DNA of 33,298 bases from Thalassolituus sp. (lineage in GTDB: Bacteria; Pseudomonadota; Gammaproteobacteria; Pseudomonadales; Oceanobacteraceae). The position numbers and the translations under genes are program-made. The stretch is taken from NCBI GenBank assembly GCA_029212275.1, contig JARGOI010000002.1, positions 1-33,298 of the forward strand. The letters are read 5' to 3'. Below the pieces are notes generated by a model. It was given only the letters and a program-made list of their open reading frames with translations, made no database searches and was not told where the DNA came from. Positions 1 through 9,780 of the stretch are shown here, in pieces (position 1 is the first letter of the stretch; every line of letters begins with the position of its first letter).

Positions 1-247
1 GCGATAGCTTGGCCGCCAGTACTTTTTTGTCCAGTTCGTCAAAGAAATCCGCCTTTGCACTTTTAGGAAAGTAATCGCGATATACGAATGTACCGAGGGT
101 TATTTCTGCCTCGATACGTTCCATTATTTTCTGCATGCGACGTTTATTAGATTGGTTGTTTTCTAATTTTGTATATTCACGACACCGCTGTCCTTTATAA
201 CGGAAATCGAAAAATAGTTTATCTCCACGCGAATTGATTTTAGCCAT
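1..247 (-). CDS. Tyrosine integrase, N-terminal Arm DNA-binding (DUF3596-type) domain; partial, runs off the window's left edge
   Basis: Manual translation from the ATG at 247 (RBS AGGAG at 255-259): MAKINSRGDKLFFDFRYKGQRCREYTKLENNQSNKRRMQKIMERIEAEITLGTFVYRDYFPKS. The 'DFRYxGxRCRE...IEAEIxLGTFxYxDYFPxS' pattern is typical of DUF3596 integrases. It lies directly downstream of an excisionase-like ORF. Confidence 0.85.
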   Translation of the reverse strand, partial: MAKINSRGDKLFFDFRYKGQRCREYTKLENNQSNKRRMQKIMERIEAEITLGTFVYRDYFPKSAKADFFDELDKKVLAAKLS

Positions 248-258
248 TTAAATTCTCC

Positions 259-474
259 TTAGTGGATACCCATCATCAATGTGTCAATTGCTGGAGCTTT
301 AAACATATCGGCTTCAATTTTTTCCCATACATAAAGAATCTTGCGGCCACCGAAAGGACGAAAGTAATGCACTCCCTCAAGTAGAACGGAATCTTTGAGT
401 TGGTTGCGAATAGTGCGAGCGTCGTACTTGATGCGATCAGAAAGTTCTTCGGTTGTTAGGTAGGTTTGTGACAT
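259..474 (-). CDS. Excisionase / recombination directionality factor-like small DNA-binding protein
   Basis: 71 aa, 'YLTTEELSDRIKYDARTIRN...LLEGVHYFRPFGGRKILY' winged-HTH pattern; co-oriented with and 11 bp upstream of the integrase; RBS GAGG. Confidence 0.75.
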   Translation of the reverse strand: MSQTYLTTEELSDRIKYDARTIRNQLKDSVLLEGVHYFRPFGGRKILYVWEKIEADMFKAPAIDTLMMGIH

Positions 475-533
475 CGTATTTATCCTCGATAATTGATATT
501 CTAAATGAACTAACGCTATTCAAGTTGGCGAAA

Positions 534-598
534 TGTCATTCTGGATAACATTTTAAGCGACAAAAAATCATTTGCAATACTTTTTTGTCATTCTGGAT
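534..598. promoter_or_regulatory. Putative operator pair in the divergent xis/repressor promoter region
   Basis: Exact 13-bp direct repeat TGTCATTCTGGAT at 534-546 and 586-598. The first copy extends to an imperfect palindrome TGTCATTCTGGATAACA. Confidence 0.6.
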
Positions 599-626
599 GT
601 TATTTTTGTATTTTGGAGGTTTTTTT

Positions 627-824
627 GTGATTCGATGTCATTTAGCAAGGTTGATGGGCGAACGAAAATTAAAAATTGTCGATGTCGCTAGAGAAACAGG
701 TTTGAATCGCAATACAGTGACTCTGCTTTATAAAGAAACCGCGCAAAGGATAGATATGGATGCTATCGATAAGCTGTGTGAGTTGTTTGAATGTGAAGTT
801 GGTGACTTATTAGAGAGGTACTGA
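627..824 (+). CDS. Cro/C1 (XRE) HTH transcriptional regulator
   Basis: Likely start is GTG at 627 after GGAGG, not 585. MIRCHLARLMGERKLKIVDVARETGLNRNTVTLLY...IDKLCELFECEVGDLL is a typical HTH_26/XRE sequence. Confidence 0.88.
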   Translation: MIRCHLARLMGERKLKIVDVARETGLNRNTVTLLYKETAQRIDMDAIDKLCELFECEVGDLLERY

Positions 825-912
825 AATGAGCGTACTCTCTGACGAGTCACAAGAATGTTTTCTATCAAGAAGCTGTTAGACTGGCTCTCTCAATTGCAGT
901 TGGATTAGATAC

Positions 913-2388
913 ATGACGAAAAGGACTCTGATCTGTTGGATAGGAGGTAAGGACCTCTCAGCGGTAGACTCTGCTCAGGACGGTCCGATACTCTCCACAT
1001 TGAAAGCCGTACCTTTTGATCGCGCTATCTTTCTGTATAACTATCCTGAAGCACAGGTTAGCAATTACCTGGCATGGTTAGGGAAGCATTCCACTGTCAG
1101 AGTTCAGGCCACAAAGGCCGAACTCACATCACCAATCCATTTTGCCGACATCTATGAAGCCGCCGATCAGCAGCTGGCTATGCAGAAGTCTGCGCAAGCT
1201 GAGGTTTCGATCTTACTTAGTCCGGGCACTCCGGCGATGCAGGCGGTCTGGATTCTGCTTGGCAAAACCCGTTATCCCTGTCAGTTTTATCAGTCATCTT
1301 TGGAGCAGGGCGTGCAGCTTGTTGATATTCCTTTTGAGCTGTCTATGGAATACCTACCTGCAGCTAAAAGTATTGGCAGCGACCGTATTAACCAGCTGGC
1401 GAATGCCAGTGCGCCAGTTAATGCAGCCTTCGATAACATAATCACCCGTAACAACCGTATGCAAACCTTAAAAGCTCAGGCGCAGGTTCTGGCAGAGCGA
1501 GAGGTTCCGGTGCTGATTTACGGTGAAACCGGTACAGGTAAAGAGCTCTTTGCTCGCGCTATTCACAACGCGAGTCAAAGGGCAGATAAGCCATTTGTAC
1601 CGGTTAACTGTGGTGCTATACCGCCAGACTTGGTCGACTCGATGCTGTTCGGCCATAAAAAAGGCGCTTTTACGGGCGCCGTTTCTGATAAGCCTGGAGT
1701 GTTCTCGCAAGCTGATGGTGGCACGCTGTTTCTGGATGAATTTGGCGAGCTAGACCCCAGTGTTCAGGTGCGTCTGCTGCGGGTATTGCAGGAAGGGTCA
1801 TTTACGCCGCTCGGTGCCAGTAAGGAACAGTGCGTCAACGTTCGCTTGATTACCGCAACACACCGTAATCTGATGAAAAAGGTATCTGATGGCACCTTCC
1901 GGGAAGATTTGTTTTACCGCATAGCCGTTGGCGTTTTGCATTTGCCTCCGCTGCGTGAGCGGGAGGGCGATCTAACCTTGCTGGCGAAGCGTGTGCTTAA
2001 GGCAATAGGTGAGAAAGATTCAGGCCTCAAAGATAAAAAAATTTCTCCAGAGGCAATGAATATTATCCTGAGGCATCCGTGGCGCGGTAATGTACGAGAG
2101 CTTCAGTCAAGCTTACTGCGTGCTGCGCTCTGGTGTCATACTGACATGATCCAAGCGGAAGACATGCGTCAGTCCTTGTTCCTTATGCCAGAGCGATCTT
2201 CTGGGATTATGACTCAGGATATTTCACAAGGTATTGATTTGAAAGAAATTGTTGATAATGTCGCACGGCATTACATCCCCCTTGCGCTAGATGCTGCACA
2301 AGGTAAAAAGACTCGAGCTGCTCAGTTGCTGGGGCTGAATAATTACCAAACGCTGAGTAACTGGATGGAAAAGTTGGATATCTCTTAG
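913..2388 (+). CDS. Sigma54-dependent enhancer-binding protein: RtcR/CARF-like N-terminal domain + AAA+ + Fis-type HTH
   Basis: Walker A GETGTGKE, GAFTGA loop, Walker B LFLDE, FREDLFYR, WRGNVREL and a C-terminal HTH (AAQLLGL). The N-terminal ~140 aa is Rossmann-like with 'LSPGTPAM', similar to RtcR/CARF domains, and is not a receiver domain. Confidence 0.92.
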   Translation: MTKRTLICWIGGKDLSAVDSAQDGPILSTLKAVPFDRAIFLYNYPEAQVSNYLAWLGKHSTVRVQATKAELTSPIHFADIYEAADQQLAMQKSAQAEVSILLSPGTPAMQAVWILLGKTRYPCQFYQSSLEQGVQLVDIPFELSMEYLPAAKSIGSDRINQLANASAPVNAAFDNIITRNNRMQTLKAQAQVLAEREVPVLIYGETGTGKELFARAIHNASQRADKPFVPVNCGAIPPDLVDSMLFGHKKGAFTGAVSDKPGVFSQADGGTLFLDEFGELDPSVQVRLLRVLQEGSFTPLGASKEQCVNVRLITATHRNLMKKVSDGTFREDLFYRIAVGVLHLPPLREREGDLTLLAKRVLKAIGEKDSGLKDKKISPEAMNIILRHPWRGNVRELQSSLLRAALWCHTDMIQAEDMRQSLFLMPERSSGIMTQDISQGIDLKEIVDNVARHYIPLALDAAQGKKTRAAQLLGLNNYQTLSNWMEKLDIS

Positions 2389-2413
2389 ATAGATATGGTT
2401 GCTTTTCAAAAAC

Positions 2414-2430
2414 TGGCATGACCTTCGCTA
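2414..2430 (+). promoter_or_regulatory. Sigma54 (-24/-12) promoter upstream of the ravA-viaA-HEPN-hsd cluster
   Basis: TGGCATGACCTTCGCTA: GG(2415-16)-N10-GC(2427-28), close to the TGGCAC-N5-TTGC consensus and directly after the bEBP gene. Confidence 0.7.
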
Positions 2431-2559
2431 AGTTAAACCTATAGACGCAATAATTTTTATGAAACTTGTAAGTCTTGAATTTCTGCTCAACAGCAGGAGC
2501 TACTTACCAAGCTGGTCTCATAAAGGCCATGCTCAGAATAATTAACAAAGGAATGAACA

Positions 2560-4092
2560 TTGGAAAATAATCTCGTTGTACCTCTAACTGACCGTAAGAA
2601 AAAAATTACACAGTTAATCAGTGAAATGAATAGTGGTTTGCTTGAACGGACGGAGCAGGTAAAGTTGATTTTACTGGCGGCATTGTCTGGTGAGCATGTA
2701 TTGCTGTTGGGGCCGCCGGGAACCGCTAAAAGTGAGTTGGCCAAGCGATTAAAAAGCGTATTTGTCGAAGCGAATTACTTCGAGCGCTTGCTAACACGGT
2801 TTTCAGTTCCTGAAGAAGTTTTTGGTCCACTTTCGATTCAGGCTTTAGAAGAAGATAAATACAAACGTCTGACGAGTGGCTATCTGCCTGAAGCATCCGT
2901 GGCTTTTATTGACGAAATTTTCAAAGCCAATAGCGCCATTCTGAACAGCTTGCTAACCCTGCTAAACGAGCGCCAGTTTGATAACGGCAATCGCCGCTAC
3001 TCTGTCCCTTTGATTTCTGTTGTCGCCGCCAGCAACGAACTGCCGGAAGGAGAAGAGTTAGATGCATTGTATGACCGCTTTATGCTGCGCAGCTTCGTCC
3101 ATCCTGTTTCTGATGACAGCTTTGAAAGCTTGTTGACTCTGGGTAACGAAACCTGTGATCCGGACTTGGCCACCCGGCTGAAAATTGAAGACCTTACCGA
3201 AGTACAACAGTTAGCTGATAAAGTTGAACTAACTCAAGATGTGATTGAACTGTGCAACGAATTTCGTCGTTACTTGCAACAAGAAAACATCTATGTATCC
3301 GATCGTCGCTGGCGCAAGTTGGTCAAGCTGATGAAAGTCTCTGCATTTACCTCTGGTTTTAATCAGGTGTCCAACTACGACGCATGGATACTTCCTCATT
3401 GCTTGTGGCAGAAACCAGAGCAGCTGGAAGGTTTGCAGCAGGTATACAATGAGGCCATTGCGGTAAGTGGAGATTTTTCTGCTGATAACGTGGCTAGGTT
3501 GCTGGTGGCTTGGGAAAGTAAGCTTAAAGAAGATAGTAACGCTCTGCGCCAGAAGATGAATAATGGGAAACCGCTATATCAGTCGCCAAAAGGTAAACCA
3601 ACGATCAGCTCGACAGGCAAGTACCAGAAAGTAAATGAGGACGGAGATAAGTTATATATAGATAGTTGGAGCGAAGAAGAGGTCACTGCTGAGGCAGGTC
3701 GCGGCGGAAAAAATGAGCCTGTAATGATTGATGGTCCAAATCAATATATGACAGAGCCCCATCTTTACTCGGTGTCCCATATCCAGAGTAGGGTGAGTCA
3801 AGCAACCTCGATCAAAGATCAAATCTCAGATCACATCGAGCGCCTCGATAATCAGTTGGATATCGTCGACCAAGTTTTCTCCGTGCACCTCTGGGTTGAC
3901 TCAGCGTTGAAGCCTGAAATTACTGCCAATATCAGCAAAGCCAAAGACCACACCGCAAGCCTTTTAAAACGTGCCGAGAAGTTGGTCGTTGGCTTTAAAA
4001 ACTTACCTCGCGAAAGTGATGTGTTGGAGAGCGCTTTGAGTGAAGACAACGACGTCGAAGGTGGCGCAGTTGAGGGCGAACTCGTTGACTGA
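2560..4092 (+). CDS. ravA: RavA-like MoxR-family AAA+ ATPase
   Basis: LLGPPGTAKS (Walker A), FERLLTRFSVPEEVFGPLSI, FIDEIFKANSAILNSLL, ASNELP, ALYDRF and VSDRRW are RavA subfamily motifs. Confidence 0.9.
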   Translation: MENNLVVPLTDRKKKITQLISEMNSGLLERTEQVKLILLAALSGEHVLLLGPPGTAKSELAKRLKSVFVEANYFERLLTRFSVPEEVFGPLSIQALEEDKYKRLTSGYLPEASVAFIDEIFKANSAILNSLLTLLNERQFDNGNRRYSVPLISVVAASNELPEGEELDALYDRFMLRSFVHPVSDDSFESLLTLGNETCDPDLATRLKIEDLTEVQQLADKVELTQDVIELCNEFRRYLQQENIYVSDRRWRKLVKLMKVSAFTSGFNQVSNYDAWILPHCLWQKPEQLEGLQQVYNEAIAVSGDFSADNVARLLVAWESKLKEDSNALRQKMNNGKPLYQSPKGKPTISSTGKYQKVNEDGDKLYIDSWSEEEVTAEAGRGGKNEPVMIDGPNQYMTEPHLYSVSHIQSRVSQATSIKDQISDHIERLDNQLDIVDQVFSVHLWVDSALKPEITANISKAKDHTASLLKRAEKLVVGFKNLPRESDVLESALSEDNDVEGGAVEGELVD

Positions 4093-5665
4093 CTTAGCAC
4101 CATTCAAGCATGCGCATGACTCCAAAGCACCAGCAGGGCTGCTTAATCAACTGAACAACCAGTTTAGTTTTCTCGCTCTTGTGCCAGAGTCCATACTTCC
4201 CGCTGTGGTCACGCATAACGGTGGCGAGCTTGAAGTTCGTTGCCAGTCCTTTGCGCAGCTACGACATTCTTTACTGACGGGTACCGAGTTGGTATCGCCA
4301 TCCCCGTGGTTGCCAGAAGCAGTTCAGCAAAGAGTGCTGGAACGCATTCATCAGTCTGGCATTGCTCGTTACTGCAAGGATAACGAAGAAGTCACAGATG
4401 CCTTTATTCTGGATTTAATTGCTGCGCTGGAGCGTAAGCAGGGAACAAAGCGTCTATTGGCGTTACAACAATTCGAAGAGCAAAAACAGCAGCAGTTACT
4501 GGCACTTCAACAAGAGCTGGATGCACGCAAGAATAAAAAACAGAAACAAAAAACAGCAGTACTTACCGATGAACAACTCTCGGCCCTACAAGCGGAATGT
4601 GAGTTAGCAGCTTGGCTTGAATCTCTGTCCTATTCCGCTGGCTTTTTCTCGGATGAGTGGGACGAGCGCTTGACCGTTTGGCAGCAGTTGGAAAGTGTTT
4701 TTAATGACTTAGGTTTAATTTCCGGACTTGGCTGGGATCTGTCTCGCGGAATTTTGCAAAGCCACGGTTGGATGAATCTGATCAGGCTGCACAAGCTGGT
4801 AGAGCAGCTACCGGAGTTACGTGAAGTCATCGAAACGCTAGGCCGAATGAAAGACTGCGATGGTGAGCCGATAATCGAAGAAATTATTTCCCGCATGAGT
4901 GTTCTGGCCCGCCGGGAGATCGAGGTAGCTACGCCCTTGGTGCCAATGGAAACCAAAGGTATCACCCGGTCAGATTCTGTCAGTCGCATGTTACCTCAGG
5001 AGGCTGCATTTCTCGGACATCCGGTGTTGAAAAAACTCTGGCACGCCCGACGGGCTGAACACGCATTGCTAAGTTATGCGGTAGAAGGCACCGAGCTTCT
5101 GCAACAGGAGAGTGAACAAGAGGAGGATGTGTCAGAACAAAAAGCGGGTACTAAGACCAACAGCAATAAAGGCCCCATGATCGTCTGCTTGGATACCTCC
5201 GGTTCGATGAGTGGAACCCCCGAGAATATTGCCAAGGCTTTGGTGTTAGAGTGTCTGTCTGTCGCCAAAAAAGAAAAACGTGCCTGTTTCGTGTATTTAT
5301 TTGGCAGTCATAATGAAGTCGAAGAACTGGAGTTAACACCAACCAAAGAGGGCCTTGAGCGTATGGTTCTGTTTTTGTCTATGTCATTTGGTGGTGGTAC
5401 GGATGCAGAAGGACCTTTGCGTTTAGCTTTGGAAAAGTCCAAAAAAGAGCAATGGGAAAAAGCCGATATCATGATTGTGAGTGACGGTGAATTCTCGGTT
5501 TCATCAGGGTTGGTAAGGCAAATCAATAAAGCAAAGAAAGATCGTTCGCTCTCTGTTCATGGCACGTTAATCGGTGGTTCTGATACTACGATGAGCCGAA
5601 TCTGCGACCCGCTTCATCGTTTCTCCCGCTGGATCGACATACAGCAGAATCACCGCAGTTATTAA
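4085..5665 (+). CDS. viaA: ViaA-like von Willebrand factor A domain protein
   Basis: MIDAS motif CLDTSGSM, FGGGTD, ADIMIVSDGEF, and GWDLS. Probable TTG start at 4085 overlapping the ravA stop (the track starts at 4040). Adjacent to RavA. Confidence 0.88.
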   Translation: MTDLAPFKHAHDSKAPAGLLNQLNNQFSFLALVPESILPAVVTHNGGELEVRCQSFAQLRHSLLTGTELVSPSPWLPEAVQQRVLERIHQSGIARYCKDNEEVTDAFILDLIAALERKQGTKRLLALQQFEEQKQQQLLALQQELDARKNKKQKQKTAVLTDEQLSALQAECELAAWLESLSYSAGFFSDEWDERLTVWQQLESVFNDLGLISGLGWDLSRGILQSHGWMNLIRLHKLVEQLPELREVIETLGRMKDCDGEPIIEEIISRMSVLARREIEVATPLVPMETKGITRSDSVSRMLPQEAAFLGHPVLKKLWHARRAEHALLSYAVEGTELLQQESEQEEDVSEQKAGTKTNSNKGPMIVCLDTSGSMSGTPENIAKALVLECLSVAKKEKRACFVYLFGSHNEVEELELTPTKEGLERMVLFLSMSFGGGTDAEGPLRLALEKSKKEQWEKADIMIVSDGEFSVSSGLVRQINKAKKDRSLSVHGTLIGGSDTTMSRICDPLHRFSRWIDIQQNHRSY

Positions 5666-5684
5666 TTTATATACGGATATTGTT

Positions 5685-6218
5685 ATGTCTCAAGCTAAAG
5701 ACAACTTCGACATTGCCATTCAAGATGCTGAGCGCATCCTCGATGCTTATGACAAACTTAATCAGGATCGCACCAACAATCGTGACCCTGAGGAGCTAAA
5801 ACGCGCTGCGCTGATTATGTCGCTGACAGCTTGGGAAACCTACGTTGAAGACCGGATCTCAGAAGAGCTTCATAAGCAGATGAAGTCGTTGGAAGGTTCA
5901 CAAGTGGCAAAGTTTGTAAAAAGCACATTGGAAGAAGAGCTTAAATACTTTCATAACCCCAACAGTGCTAAAACTAAGCGACTGTTTGAACGTTTTTTGT
6001 TTGTCGATGTAACTGAAGGCTGGAGCTGGTCTGGATTGGACACCAAAACGGCAGCCACCCGATTGAACGAATGGATCAAAAAACGTGGCGATGCTGTTCA
6101 TCGCTCTGTTATGGATAAACAGGCCGGTCATTTAGTCAGCCGTGAGGATATGAGAAAATGCGTCAACTTTTTTAAATGTCTGGTTGAAGCCACTGATAAA
6201 ATTCTAATGGTCGAATAA
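5685..6218 (+). CDS. HEPN-domain protein (putative RNase)
   Basis: All-helical 177 aa with 'AALIMSLTAWETYVED' (conserved E) and an Rx4H catalytic motif 'KKRGDAVH'. Confidence 0.8.
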   Translation: MSQAKDNFDIAIQDAERILDAYDKLNQDRTNNRDPEELKRAALIMSLTAWETYVEDRISEELHKQMKSLEGSQVAKFVKSTLEEELKYFHNPNSAKTKRLFERFLFVDVTEGWSWSGLDTKTAATRLNEWIKKRGDAVHRSVMDKQAGHLVSREDMRKCVNFFKCLVEATDKILMVE

Positions 6219-6238
6219 TCAAGGATGTATCCGTAAAG

Positions 6239-9200
6239 ATGACTCAGGTATTACTGGAATCTACTAACTTCGAAAATCTTCGCCCTCATTGGGAAGACCT
6301 TGCGAACCTTGCCGCCCATGCCGAAGCCTACGCACACAGCGATCCACAAAGTGCGTTAATCAAACTACGTTGCTTTGCCGAAAAGCTGGTAGGGGTGGTG
6401 TTCGACCGCTATCAAATTCCGTCATACTCGAACGAAAGCTTTATCGACCGCCTCAACAACCACAGCTTCACCAGCGTGGTCGACCGGGGCATCGTCGACA
6501 AATTGCATGCTATCCGCAAAGTCGGTAATCGTGCCGCCCATGAAGGCAAATTCAGTAAAACTGATCCGTTGTGGCTGCTGAAAGAAGCCCATATTCTGAG
6601 CAGCTGGCTTCTGATCACCACCGGAGAAGGTACGGATGCTGATCTGCGCCCTTTTAAAGCCCCCGAGCAAATCAAACAACCTTCCAATGCCGAGTTGGCT
6701 AAACATCAGGCCCGGCTAGAGCAGGCGCTAGAAGAACTAGAAGCAACAAAGCAGGCCGAACTTAAAGCTCAGGCGGAAAACGTTCGTTTGCAGCAGGAAT
6801 TAAAAGCCAAAGATAAGGCACTGGCCGAGCAGCAGAACTCGAAGGCACTGGCTCAGTTCCAACAGGGTAACCAAGCTGCTGGTAACGTCCTCGACTACAA
6901 CGAGGAAGAAACCCGCCGTCGCATGATCGACAAAGACCTTTACTCAGCTGGATGGGACATCGATCTATTAAACAACGGTAATACCGAACAGGTCAGTCGT
7001 GAATTGAAGGTCAGTGGCCAGCCGACCGCCACCGGCATTGGCTATTGCGACTACGTATTATGGGGCGACGATGGTAAACCACTGGCAGTGATCGAGGCTA
7101 AACGCGCCAGAGAAAGCAGTCAGAAAGGTCAGCAACAAGCCAAACTCTACGCCGACGCGCTGGAGAAAGAATACGGTCAACGTCCGGTAATTTTTTACAC
7201 CAATGGCCGCGACATAACACTCTGGAACGATGCTCGTGGCGAAGCGCCGCGCAAGCTTTATGGCTACTACGCCAAAGCAAGTCTGGAATACATGATTCTT
7301 CAGCGCAGCGGTCATCGAGACCTGCTAGGCACAGTCATTGATGTGGATATCGCCGGGCGTGACTACCAGATCGAAGCCATCACTCGCATATGTGAACGCT
7401 ACACCGCCCATCACCGTAAAGCGCTAGTAGTTCAGGCCACCGGCACCGGAAAAACCCGTGTGTCTATTGCCCTGAGCAAACGTATGATCGAAGCCGGTTG
7501 GGCCAAGCGCGTTCTGTTTTTGTGTGACCGTACCGAACTGCGTAAGCAAGCGGGTAAGGCTTACGGCGATTATTTGTCTGAGCCGGTTTACGTCGTGGGC
7601 AAAACTAAAAAATCGGACATGACCAAAGCGCGGATTTATATCTCTACCTACCCTGGCATGATGAACATCATGGAGAACTTCGACGTTGGTTATTTCGACC
7701 TGATCATTGCCGACGAATCTCATCGTTCCATCTACAACGTGTATGGCGATTTATTTAAATATTTCGACGCTGTGCAGTTGGGCCTGACTGCTACACCGGT
7801 GGAAATGATCAGTCGCTCAACCAGCCAGTTATTCGGTTGCGACTACAAGCAACCTACGGCCAACTACCCGCTGGAAAAAGCCATCGAAGACCGCAATTTA
7901 GTGCCGTTTAAAGTCGTGGCGCACACTACTCAGTTTCTGCGCGAAGGTATCAAAGGTAGCAACCTATCAGATGAGCAGATCGCCCAACTGGAAGATCAAG
8001 GGATCGACCCCAATACCCTCGACTTTGACAGCAAGCTCATCGACAAAGCGATTTACAACAAAGACACCAAACGCGCGATTCTGCGTAACCTGATGGAAAA
8101 CGGCCTGCGTCTGGCCGATGGTCAGACCTTGGGTAAATCCATGATTTTTGCTCGTAACATTAAACACGCCGAGTTGCTGTACGAGCTGTTTAATGAAATG
8201 TACCCAGACTACGCCAAAGATTCCGCCGGTAATTTCTGCCGTGTGATTCATAGCAAATTCGACCGTGCCGAAGATTTGATAGACGACTTCAAACTCAACG
8301 ACGGCAGCGCAAGCCAAGTTACCATCGCCATCTCGGTAGACATGCTCGATACCGGTATCGACGTACCGGAAGTATTAAATTTGGTGTTCGCCAAGCCGGT
8401 GAAATCCAAGGTTAAATTCTGGCAAATGGTAGGGCGAGGCACACGTTTGTGTATCGGTCTATTTGGACTTAATCCCGATGGCAGCACGCGCGATAAAGAA
8501 AAATTCCTGATATTCGATCACTGGGGCAACTTCGACTACTTCAACCTCGACCACGACGAGGAAGAACAACGCCCGACAAAATCACTGGCACAAAAATTGT
8601 TCGAAGCGCGCCTGATATTCGCAGAAGGAGCGCTTAAACAAGGTGCTGTGCAAGAATTCACTGCCATGGTTGGGCTCATCAAACAAGATATCGACAGCCT
8701 TAACGACAACACCATTGCCATTCGCGATAACTGGAAACTAAAAGAACAACTCGCCAACCGCGAACTGCTAATACAGTTTTCACCAGCCACCAAAACCGCA
8801 CTGCTGGAACAAATGGCACCGCTGATGCAGTGGCGCAATATTCAGAGCGAAGGCGAAGCCCTGCGCTTTGACCTCGACATCGTCAATGCCCAGTATGCTC
8901 AGCTTCTAAACCGCACCAAACCACAGCCCAAACTGATTGAAGACAGCCGTCAGCCTATTCAGCAAAAAATACGAAGTATGTCGATGCACCTCAATCAGGT
9001 GCGTAACAAAGCAGCCACGGTAGCTAAGCTGCAACAAGACGACTTTTGGGAAGAGGGGAGTATTGAAACCCTTGAACAGGCACGTCAAGACATCCGCAGC
9101 GTGATTCACCTGCGCGATAAAACCGTAAACCCGCTGCCGGCCGACGTCACGCCGATCATCGACATCAAAGAAGATAAGGCGCTGTACGAAACCACTGATG

Positions 9201-9736
9201 TTAAAACCAATATACGCAACGTCGATTACGAAATTTACCGCCGCGAAGTGGAAGCCACCCTCACTCCACTGTTTGCAACCAACCCGACATTGAAAAAGAT
9301 TCGGGCAGGTGAGCCGATTACCGAGCAGGAATTAAAAGACCTGAACGCCATGGTGCACACCAACAATAGCCGGGTGGATTTAAACCTGCTGACCGAATTT
9401 TTCCCCGATTCCGCCGTCGGCATAGACCAGCTGTTGCGCGCCATTATTGGCCTCGACCGTGATGCGATCGAAGCGCAATTCAGCGAATTTATTCAACAGC
9501 ACCATATTCACCTAAACAGCCTGCAACAGCGTTTTATCAGCTTGCTGAAAAGCGAAATCTGTCGCAGTGGCAGTATGACCGTAGAACGCCTGTACGAAGC
9601 CCCTTTCAGCCAGTTGCACCAAGATGGCATCGACGGCCTGTTCAAAGACGAACAAGCCAGCCTTATTGCCGGGTTTGTGGCGGGGTTTGCGATACAATCC
9701 GGCCAGCGCAAAGCATCGGCTGATACCAATCGCTGA
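6239..9736 (+). CDS. hsdR: Type I restriction endonuclease subunit R (EcoEI/EcoKI-like, N-terminal DUF4145-like domain)
   Basis: Nuclease motif CDYVL...AVIEAK, Walker A QATGTGKT, DESH box, LTATP, MLDTGID and QMVGRGTR; followed by hsdM and hsdS. Confidence 0.95.
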   Translation: MTQVLLESTNFENLRPHWEDLANLAAHAEAYAHSDPQSALIKLRCFAEKLVGVVFDRYQIPSYSNESFIDRLNNHSFTSVVDRGIVDKLHAIRKVGNRAAHEGKFSKTDPLWLLKEAHILSSWLLITTGEGTDADLRPFKAPEQIKQPSNAELAKHQARLEQALEELEATKQAELKAQAENVRLQQELKAKDKALAEQQNSKALAQFQQGNQAAGNVLDYNEEETRRRMIDKDLYSAGWDIDLLNNGNTEQVSRELKVSGQPTATGIGYCDYVLWGDDGKPLAVIEAKRARESSQKGQQQAKLYADALEKEYGQRPVIFYTNGRDITLWNDARGEAPRKLYGYYAKASLEYMILQRSGHRDLLGTVIDVDIAGRDYQIEAITRICERYTAHHRKALVVQATGTGKTRVSIALSKRMIEAGWAKRVLFLCDRTELRKQAGKAYGDYLSEPVYVVGKTKKSDMTKARIYISTYPGMMNIMENFDVGYFDLIIADESHRSIYNVYGDLFKYFDAVQLGLTATPVEMISRSTSQLFGCDYKQPTANYPLEKAIEDRNLVPFKVVAHTTQFLREGIKGSNLSDEQIAQLEDQGIDPNTLDFDSKLIDKAIYNKDTKRAILRNLMENGLRLADGQTLGKSMIFARNIKHAELLYELFNEMYPDYAKDSAGNFCRVIHSKFDRAEDLIDDFKLNDGSASQVTIAISVDMLDTGIDVPEVLNLVFAKPVKSKVKFWQMVGRGTRLCIGLFGLNPDGSTRDKEKFLIFDHWGNFDYFNLDHDEEEQRPTKSLAQKLFEARLIFAEGALKQGAVQEFTAMVGLIKQDIDSLNDNTIAIRDNWKLKEQLANRELLIQFSPATKTALLEQMAPLMQWRNIQSEGEALRFDLDIVNAQYAQLLNRTKPQPKLIEDSRQPIQQKIRSMSMHLNQVRNKAATVAKLQQDDFWEEGSIETLEQARQDIRSVIHLRDKTVNPLPADVTPIIDIKEDKALYETTDVKTNIRNVDYEIYRREVEATLTPLFATNPTLKKIRAGEPITEQELKDLNAMVHTNNSRVDLNLLTEFFPDSAVGIDQLLRAIIGLDRDAIEAQFSEFIQQHHIHLNSLQQRFISLLKSEICRSGSMTVERLYEAPFSQLHQDGIDGLFKDEQASLIAGFVAGFAIQSGQRKASADTNR

Positions 9737-9780
9737 ACCATCAACCGATACACACACATTCAAGAGCATACGACCACACA

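Noticed and set aside
585-626. N-terminal extensions given by the ORF track (HTH from 585; also ViaA from 4040 and ZorC from 21367)
   Set aside because: Better RBS-associated or stop-overlapping starts exist at 627, 4085 and 21529
2513-2527. Second GG-N10-GC upstream of ravA (TGGTCTCATAAAGGC)
   Set aside because: Poor match to TGGCAC/TTGC outside the dinucleotides; the 2414 site is much better
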